Source: Octopus bimaculoides (taxonomy: Eukaryota). Taken from it: a DNA stretch of 50,925 nt. Positions 45,301-50,925 of this stretch are shown piece after piece. The translations under genes and the position numbers were made by a program. A model generated the notes under the pieces. It saw nothing but the letters and a program-made list of their open reading frames with translations, had not been told where the DNA came from and made no database searches. How positions within the stretch are numbered: the stretch's first letter is position 1; the number at the start of each line of letters is the position of its first letter. The stretch spans positions 34,178,978-34,229,902 of the forward strand of contig NC_068982.1 of assembly GCF_001194135.2 (NCBI RefSeq), read 5' to 3'.

Positions 45301-46485
45301 GGACTGGCGTAATACAAACGAACATCTAACACGGAAAAATAGTTTGAACATCGCTAAAATCTTGTAATGAGTGATAATATGCGAGGCATTTGGCCTCAAT
45401 ATAAAGTAATAAGGAACAGTACAAATCTTTTGAATTTACATTTCCTTATTAATTTTCTAAAGAAAGATGCTAAAATCTTCGAGTGAGCGATATTATACTC
45501 GTGAAAAGATGCAAAATTCAAGCTTCTTTCGATACTGCAACACTCCATTAGAAACATGGTAGTAAATAGGTATTATTCAAGCTAAGCGATCATTTTAGTA
45601 ATTATGAAAAAAGTTTTAAAGACACAGTTGATTTATTAGTGACTCTTTGTGTGTGTGTGTCATCGACATCATTTGAGTGAAAGAAAACAGTTAATAACAC
45701 CATTTTAACTAGGTTTTCCCCACAACCTGCGTATAGTGGCAGATCATTTCTTTTCAAAATAAAAACAATGATTTCTATATATTTATGGCAAATGGGGCTG
45801 TGTATATAAGTACATTTCTAGATATATTTCACCAATTACAGACGAATGAAAGATAAAGTTGGTACAGCAAGATTTGAACTCAGAACATTAAAGAAAAGTG
45901 AAACACTGAATTATTACGAAGATAGATTTAGCCTAGTGAGGTATCGTTTCAGACGGGTACAATCAGAACTCCTAAACAGAAAGAAATATTGAAGTATAGA
46001 AATATATAACAAATAAAGCAAGGATAAACAACAGTTAAAAGCTAAACAATAATAATGGAGCGAGAGAGTAAAAGTAGAAAACATAAAATTTGCTCAACAT
46101 AGCAACGGTTAAAAAGGCACAATAGATCAAGATTTACTGAAAACAAAAAGAAGTATTAATGGGAAAAAATTAACAAAAAGTAGTTTAATTATGCATTCGT
46201 TTCTATAGAAAACATGCGTGTATATATGTGTGTGTATATATATATTAAAACGAATGTAATTTCAGTATAAGAAGAAATATATACAAATGATTACCAGAGA
46301 GCTTTTTGCACTAAAAAATTATAAGATTTAATTTTCGTATTTATTTTAATGGTAGAACAGAATATATTACATGAAATTTTAAAAGCTACTCAGCCAATTT
46401 CAAGCACAATGCATTTGCAGGACTTACGATTAATAGGTAAAGGTGCCGTACAGGAAATCCGAGGTTTGTCGCAACTTTCAGTCAT
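17735..46485 (-). CDS. E4F1: E4F1-like zinc-finger transcription factor, 15 coding exons, 2931 nt including stop, ~976 aa, 13 zinc-finger-like motifs
   Basis: All 14 introns are GT-AG with compatible phases. Diagnostic motifs: EDVHYCKRCKQEF..HKIQ, FKTKGSLIRHMRRHT, ESGALSRHLKSRTPCT, FREKGSLQRHVR, FAEHGTLNRHLK, TVLAEFSSVVADTQQYI; each matches remembered human E4F1 segments. Confidence 0.93.
17771..17914 (-). repeat. 3 x 48-bp coding tandem repeat in E4F1 exon 15
   Basis: MVDSCGQEQSLDISTD / MMATCSHEQSLDIAAD / MMDPCNQEQSLDISSI. Confidence 0.9.
19548..20660 (+). mobile_element. Decayed near-full-length mariner (Tc1/mariner) transposon in E4F1 intron 14
   Basis: TA flanks (19546-47, 20661-62); degenerate TIRs tgagggtgagctga / rc tgggagtaggctga; transposase relic from ATG 19660 with KWAAEFRRGR, HYDNASAH and YSLDLAPSDY (YSPDLAPSD motif); multiple stops and frameshifts. 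Confidence 0.88.
21134..21500 (+). mobile_element. SINE family B-related composite copy
   Basis: cttcccaaccacatgg...ccttgtgagtggattt followed by an RTE-like tail ending (gat)n. Confidence 0.65.
21588..21730 (-). CDS. E4F1: E4F1 exon 14
   Basis: ctcacag|TT CCT TGT...TVLAEFSSVVADTQQYIVSE...ELE|gtaagg. Confidence 0.9.
22034..22248. mobile_element. TTAA-type (piggyBac-like) MITE, copy 2
   Basis: ttaa|cactttagcatt ... aatgctaaaggg|ttaa. Confidence 0.7.
22480..22697 (-). mobile_element. SINE family A copy
   Basis: Same consensus blocks. Confidence 0.78.
23250..23448 (-). CDS. E4F1: E4F1 exon 13
   Basis: tcaacag|NALKVHLRIH...FAEHGTLNRHLKAK G|gtaaat. Confidence 0.92.
24559..24776 (-). CDS. E4F1: E4F1 exon 12
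   Basis: ttcag|GERPFKCSECGKAF...YTCSVCDKSFKTS|gtaagt. Confidence 0.92.
25348..25419 (+). ncRNA. Minimal type I hammerhead ribozyme motif (Penelope-like element/retrozyme style)
   Basis: Stem I cggtca (25348-53)/tgaccg (25414-19); CTGAAGA core (25354-60); stem II containing hairpin tagcaaat/atttgcta; GAAA (25402-05); palindromic mini stem III CCTAGG; GTC triplet (25411-13). Confidence 0.75.
26322..26515 (-). CDS. E4F1: E4F1 exon 11
   Basis: ttctag|A NARIAVNQLLKL...YKCHVCMRSFRGSAYLRFHLRSHT G|gtatag. Confidence 0.9.
27325..27683 (-). mobile_element. SINE family B copy
   Basis: Reverse complement of the family B consensus. Confidence 0.78.
28096..28187 (-). CDS. E4F1: E4F1 exon 10
   Basis: ttcatag|GPEESLTSCSSILDEGTVQEKEESNLSVVC CG|gtaagt; phase 2 fits exon 11. 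Confidence 0.8.
28369..28811 (-). mobile_element. tRNA-derived SINE, family C, with (CAA)n tail
   Basis: Head ggaggcgcaatggcccagtagttagg (A box) ... ggtttcgattccc (B box); (ttg)n at 28365-28386 on the plus strand. Confidence 0.75.
28903..29266. mobile_element. Tigger/pogo-like MITE
   Basis: TA-flanked TIRs tagcgacctcccttttaagtac / gtacttaatcgggaggttactg; four subterminal gtactta motifs at the right end. Confidence 0.65.
29274..29495 (-). mobile_element. RTE LINE 3' UTR fragment
   Basis: (cat)n-cgtttaacgtccgctttcc..., near-identical to the reverse complement of 33380-33560. Confidence 0.8.
29667..29825 (-). CDS. E4F1: E4F1 exon 9
   Basis: tttctttag|VCCEDFSCVNSLRVHLRTHLADMPFRCGLCHFVAEKRQELGRHMLSQHKIELK|gttttt. 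Confidence 0.88.
30968..31004. repeat. (GA)n microsatellite
   Basis: Direct read. Confidence 0.95.
31332..31478 (-). CDS. E4F1: E4F1 exon 8
   Basis: SQTDNVLPMDDSVCEAGDSETT...KTTQCW|gtaagt; alternative in-frame acceptor at 31472. Confidence 0.82.
32657..33563 (+). mobile_element. 5'-truncated RTE-clade LINE in E4F1 intron 7 (contains an N gap)
   Basis: RT C-terminal motifs KGRLYDACVRTAMLHGSETW, MLRW and RRLRWYGHVVRM; 3' UTR ends gacgttaaac(gat)n. Confidence 0.88.
33625..33793 (-). CDS. E4F1: E4F1 exon 7
   Basis: aaacag|A ACT CCA TGT (RTPCTAK)...FVQQ|gtctgt; donor chosen for phase-0 fit. Confidence 0.78.
34445..34850 (-). mobile_element. Two degenerate tandem SINE family A copies
   Basis: Same consensus blocks, more diverged. 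Confidence 0.6.
34926..35004 (-). CDS. E4F1: E4F1 exon 6
   Basis: ttttcag|GERPYTCNMCKRSFTESGALSRHLKS AG|gtctga. Confidence 0.9.
36189..36315 (-). CDS. E4F1: E4F1 exon 5
   Basis: ttttcag|IIVLRTHMLTHSDKREHHCFFEGCTYAFKTKGSLIRHMRRHT G|gtcatt. Confidence 0.9.
36408..36613 (+). mobile_element. SINE family B copy running into an N gap
   Basis: gtttgcttcccaaacatggggttctagg...ccttgtgagtggatttggtag. Confidence 0.7.
36921..37088 (-). mobile_element. SINE family A copy next to an N gap
   Basis: Same consensus blocks. Confidence 0.78.
37104..37507 (+). mobile_element. SINE family B copy
   Basis: Same head and tail as 6661-7035. Confidence 0.8.
37710..37962 (-). CDS. E4F1: E4F1 exon 4 (acidic tract and start of next finger)
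   Basis: ttacag|A GAA GCT...; EAALRRHVKYDH..EEEEEE..YTCQICQRSFKK|gtaaac. Confidence 0.9.
38131..38350 (+). mobile_element. SINE family A copy
   Basis: ggcgagctggcagaaacgttagc head; near-identical to 47017-47246. Confidence 0.82.
39080..39176 (-). CDS. E4F1: E4F1 exon 3
   Basis: ttgtag|GT GGT CGA...YTCDKCDKTFH AG|gtatgt. Confidence 0.88.
39770..39995 (+). mobile_element. RTE-type 3' tail fragment
   Basis: Similar to the 33340-33560 tail; ends cagcatggaaaacagacattaaag(gat)n. Boundaries approximate. Confidence 0.65.
40636..40884 (-). CDS. E4F1: E4F1 exon 2 (N-terminal zinc-finger-like motif)
   Basis: tttccag|CT GAC TTA...; DLASDSEDVHYCKRCKQEFTSLHFYLEHKIQH; donor gtaaga. Confidence 0.9.
46428..46485 (-). 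CDS. E4F1: E4F1 exon 1 (MTESCDKPRISCTAPLPIN)
   Basis: aacgccATG start context in CpG-enriched sequence; donor gtaagt; phase 1 fits exon 2. Confidence 0.75.
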
Positions 46486-46689
46486 GGCGTTTTTGCGACA
46501 ATCGACAAAGGAGTCGATCGGCAAATTCCGGTTGTTTTCGGAAATTAACGAATTTAATCCTGCATCACAGCGAGCAATTGTGAGAAAAAGGTTTTTAGTC
46601 ATGATATACTTCATAGATACTGGTAATAGTTTTATAGCGAGAAAAATATTTAGCAAAAGCATTTAATGTTATATATGTTAATTATGCAT

Positions 46690-46721
<32 letters not shown>

Positions 46722-47016
46722 NNNNNNNNNNNNNNNNNNNNNNNNNNNNNNNNNNNNNNNNNNNNNNNNNNNNNNNNNNNNNNNNNNNNNNNNNNNNNNN
46801 NNNNNNNNNNNNNNNNNNNNNNNNNNNNNNNNNNNNNNNNNNNNNNNNNNNNNNNNNNNNNNNNNNNNNNNNNNNNNNNNNNNNNNNNNNNNNNNNNNNN
46901 NNNNNNNNNNNNNNNNNNNNNNNNNNNNNNNNNNNNNNNNNNNNNNNNNNNNNNNNNNNNNNNNNNNNNNNNNNNNNNNNNACTTGTATAGTCGTTGAAA
47001 GGCTCACTAGAAATGC

Positions 47017-47246
47017 GCCGAGCTGGCAGAAACGTTAGCGCCCCGGGCGAAATGCTTAGCGGTATTTCGTCTGCCGTTACGTTCTGAGTTCAAATTCCGC
47101 CGAGGTCGACTTTGCCTTTCATCCTTTCGGGGTCGATAAATTAAGTACCAGTTACGCACTGGAGTCGATGTAATCGACTTAATCGCTCTGTCTGTTCTTG
47201 TTTGTCCTCTCTGTGTGTAGCCCCTTGTGGGCAGTAATGAAATAAG
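47017..47246 (+). mobile_element. SINE family A copy
   Basis: gagctggcagaaacgttagc head; ends ggcagtaatgaaataagaaa. Confidence 0.82.
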
Positions 47247-47640
47247 AAATGCGGGTTAATTTTGCAAATGGTATTTTTCAACGGTATGCTATTTTTAGCT
47301 TTCCTTGAATTTAATTTCTTGATATTACATGATGGAGTGTATTTCACTTGGCAAACATCACTATTGCTCTTAGGTAATGCATGTGCACCGCAGTAACTTA
47401 ATTTCCTCCTGTAAAACATTGAATTTGTGTGTACAGTAAAGAAAAAAGAAAAATCAGTATCAGAAGTCCAACTTCTTTTCTCTATAAATGTGTGGTTTCG
47501 TATGCAAGTGAGCTATTTAGGTTTGTTGAATCATTGTTTGTGGCAATCTGAATTCAAATATCGCCGGAGTCAACTTTGCCTGTCGCGATCAATAAAATGA
47601 AATACCAGCCAGCTACTGAGGTCGGTTTAATAGACTAGAC

Positions 47641-48610
47641 CAGGGATGGGCAACAACCCCTGGCACGTGTGCCGAACATGGCACGCCAGTAACTTGTTTC
47701 TGGCACGTGAAACCTTCTCTCTAGTAGCCCTCCATTTAACGACTTTCTCTCAATAGCATATAATGACTTTTTATTGCTCCGATATACTTTACATTACTAA
47801 TGATCTCCTCCCAGACCCGACCAATGTTTTGGTTTCCCCTCCGCAACTAGTATTCTTTGACAAGCAACCGCCTCACCTACTTATTCATAATTTCTCCCGA
47901 TGCACGCTACAGCAGTGTCGTATTCTTGCAGTGCTGACATCATGTGTGTTTGTAAACTGGTGTTTTTTGCAGATTGTTGTGAACATTTGAATGACTTGAA
48001 TGTTAAATTACAGGGCTCTAGTAAGACACTTGATGTTATGTTTGGTTACATAAAGGCTTTTGAAATGAAACTAGAAGTTTTTGAGAGGAGTGTGGACAAT
48101 GAGAGATTTAGATACGTCCCAAACCTAAAGAGGTACATCAATGATCTCTCAAAAGATGACAGAACAGAGCGCCAATGTCTAAAAAGCTGTTTGTAAACAT
48201 TATTGAATCAACTGTTGAACAGTTTTTTTTTTTACAAGGTTTGCAAAATTCAGAGAACTGGAAGCGACAGCAAAATTCATGAAGTTTCCAGACATTATCA
48301 AACTGGAATAACTAAACTGACAAATGTTTTCATGGATAGACATGGTTGATTTTGAAATGCAGTTGATTAAATTTCAAAGTAGCTCAATTTGGAAGCAAAA
48401 AATAATTGACCTTAGAGTTGACTTAGAAAATATTGAAAAAAGCGATTAGAGACAGGAGTACCAGACGGGGAGTGCGGAAAACGAATTATTATGGACTTGG
48501 AATGCCATTCCAGAAATTTTTTCCAGTTTAAAAAACTTTGCAACAGCACTGATATCCATGTTTTCATCAACATATGCCTGTGAATCAGTGATGAACTTTG
48601 TTAAGTTTTG
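47641..48610 (+). mobile_element. Internally deleted hAT (Charlie/Buster/SPIN-type) transposon relic
   Basis: Left TIR cagggatgggcaac preceded by gactagac (CTAG-centred 8-mer); subterminal ggcacg repeats; transposase C-terminus LVFFADCCEHLNDLNVKLQG and MFSSTYACES (48558-48587). Right TIR not found. Confidence 0.82.
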
Positions 48611-48636
48611 TAATAGGTAATTGGAGTATAGATGGT

Positions 48637-49346
48637 TGTAGCCACACGTAGTGAAACCATCTAATAACAGCTCTGTTCAGAAGGCTGGAATAATACATAT
48701 ATCTACGAGAGGGGAATGAGAGACACACAACAGAATAGAATGTCTAAGAGAATTTATTGATGTGTTGACATGTGTCTTTGTCTGCGTCATGTATACAGAA
48801 TAATAGACAGGCCGTCATGAGAACAAAGTGCATGTATGTATAGGCATGGATGTTTGCGTGTGTGTTAAGTACATATAAGAATAGCAATGAAGGAATAGTG
48901 AAAATGTCTATAATGAGAAGTTAGACGAATGTTCATAGACACAAGAGATGAGAGTACCAGTTCGTATTGAATTGTACACAGTAGTTGAAATACTGTATCA
49001 AGAAGTTGCGGCCATGATGCGAAGCCGGAGTTGCAGTACATGTCGTACGAAGTTGTGGCTGTAATGCTACTGCCTGGGTTACTTGGTACAGGAGTTCTCG
49101 CAGGTTGTATATTCGCTGTTAATCCATGGTGAAATAATTCACAAATAGTGCAGTATTGTAACCTGTGCGAGGCCCCCGATTGGTTATGCGCTGCATATTG
49201 GTGCGACAGAGTAAGAGACAGATTGCGCCAATACCAATTAATCAGAGTAGTGGACACAATGGGGTCCAATTAGCTGTTACCTGCTATGTTCGAATGTACG
49301 TATATATAATAAAGGGGAGACGAATTTCACTCGAGTGTACGCTACA
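48637..49346 (-). mobile_element. Possible LTR-like segment
   Basis: Termini TGTAGC...GCTACA; CCAAT boxes and a late AATAAA on the minus strand; no TSD, PBS or PPT seen. Confidence 0.35.
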
Positions 49347-49399
49347 CTTTTACGTCTTATTGTTGCTACCCTTGTTAATGTGAGTTCGCTTTTTGGATA

Positions 49400-50925
49400 C
49401 CTATTGTTAACATTTTTGTTGGATTATTTATTAGGATTGTTTTTTAACCGTTTTAAAGTTATTTTCGCCCTACGGGGCAGAAAATTTCAGCTTTCTGAAC
49501 TGTTTTACAGTTGTTTTCGCCTTCCGGGGCAGAAGATTTGTTTTTTCTTGTTAACCTTTCGAGGTTGTTTTTTGATAATTGATTTTCTTGTCAATTGTGA
49601 CAAGGTTTATAATTAAAAAAAAAACAAAAACATTATGGAATTTGAACTGGCTTCAAAAACCGACTTTCTCGAGATGGGAGAAGGGAATAATACCGTTATA
49701 ACCAAAGACAGAAGTGCTGTTACAACCATGAACAAAAATACCGTTACAAATAAGGAAAGCCAGGCAAAACAAAGCTTTTCTGACGCCGTAGGCGGCAGCG
49801 TAATTGATATGGAAGTAACTATGGAGAAGCTACTCCAGTTCAGAAACTTGATTGAAAAATCAGGAGACATAACAAAGTTGGTACCGCCCCCTGAGACCAT
49901 CGAAGCAATTAAAAAAAAAACCGTGGTCTACAAGGTGTACAACTTGAAGGAGAAAAAAATCATGGAAGTTAAGAACGAAATCGTTGAGCGGTGGTTGGCA
50001 CCAATTTGAAAGAAAATACGCTACGTTTGCCGAGGAGTGAAGAGTGCAACAGTAGAAGCACACTTCAAGTCGGAAAACGTAGCGAAAGACGTGTCAACCC
50101 AGACACTTAAAAATGACCAAATAATGCTGCCGCCTATGTACTTAGGTCGTAGAACGGCGAAAATTACGGTAGAAGAAATTCCCGACGGATATGACATATA
50201 TTGGGTAGCAACCGCAATAATTTACGACGTAGAAGGGAAGCTGTCAATCTTAAGCATGAAGAGGAAAGAAGCAACAAACTGGAAGGGTCAAAGCCTCGAA
50301 ATGGTCATTCAAGCAGATAACGCAGTCCTCGAAAATTTACCAGATTAGAGTCTTCGTAGGGGAGGGGCGTACCATGCGTGTATCAGTGGAAGGATGTAGG
50401 CCTAGATGTTTTAAATGCGGGCAGAAGGGCCACGTTCGTTCAGCCTGCACAAAAAATGGCGGATACCCCTCCCCAAAGCGCTGTGATAAACACGGAAAAG
50501 AGCGTTGTGATAAACACAGAAAAACATGAAACGGACACTACAACAACTAAAGAAAATACAGGGAAAAAATACCTGAAACTCAAAAGGAGGAAAAAATAAA
50601 GAAGAACGTAAAACAAAATAAGAACGAAAAAGAGGAGGTGGAGGAGGAGAACCTAGTGAATGAAAAAGAAATAGATTTCACGACGGTTTCTCACAAAAGA
50701 AAAAAAGGCAATACCCCGGAATCCCCACCCCAAACAAAAAAAAAATATTGACAAAAATGACGAACAACATAAAAAAAATTCCCCAAACCTACCCCGTTGG
50801 CACTACATTGATAGGCCAACATTTTGCCATCCCCCACCCACCAACATTGAAAGGAATGAAAAACACTGATAGAATTGTAGCTTTCAACGCAAAGAACGAG
50901 AAGGTGGTTCGCCTAATAAAGGCGC
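49400..50925 (+). mobile_element. 5' portion (UTR + decayed gag-like ORF1) of an L1/Tx1-like non-LTR retrotransposon; runs off the window
   Basis: ATG at 49635; in-frame stop at 50007-9; frameshift near 50345; CCHC knuckle CFKCGQKGHVRSAC (50407-50448); K/E-rich tail. Clade assignment is inferred from ORF1 architecture; left boundary approximate. Confidence 0.72.

Noticed and set aside
46349-46666. 105-aa plus-strand ORF
   Set aside because: Antisense shadow of E4F1 exon 1 and its promoter; no recognisable motif.
48865-49269. 134-aa minus-strand ORF
   Set aside because: No recognisable domain; lies within the LTR-like block.
1-50925. CRISPR array or prokaryotic defence/operon system
   Set aside because: No regularly spaced repeat-spacer units; the sequence is eukaryotic with spliceosomal introns.

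Overview
AT-rich, SINE-dense eukaryotic DNA with N gaps; the repeat content looks like an octopus/cephalopod genome (inferred, not database-checked). Three protein-coding genes were reconstructed by hand from splice sites and reading-frame phase: (1) the first two coding exons of EIF3J on the minus strand at the left edge; (2) a complete MMS22L on the plus strand (7201-14987, ~1257 aa, only 3 coding exons); (3) a complete 15-exon E4F1 zinc-finger gene on the minus strand (46485-17735, ~976 aa), convergent with MMS22L. Introns and spacers hold tRNA-derived SINEs, RTE LINE fragments, a decayed mariner, a hAT relic, several MITEs and two L1/Tx1-like ORF1 relics. The best non-obvious signals are a minimal type I hammerhead ribozyme motif in E4F1 intron 11 (25348-25419), a run of tetraloop hairpins 5' of the L1/Tx1-like ORF1 (49461-49604), the intron-poor MMS22L, and three extra zinc fingers in E4F1. 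No prokaryotic-type system (CRISPR, operon) is present, and most short ORFs in the supplied track are spurious. Comparisons with human proteins are from memory, not from alignments that were run.
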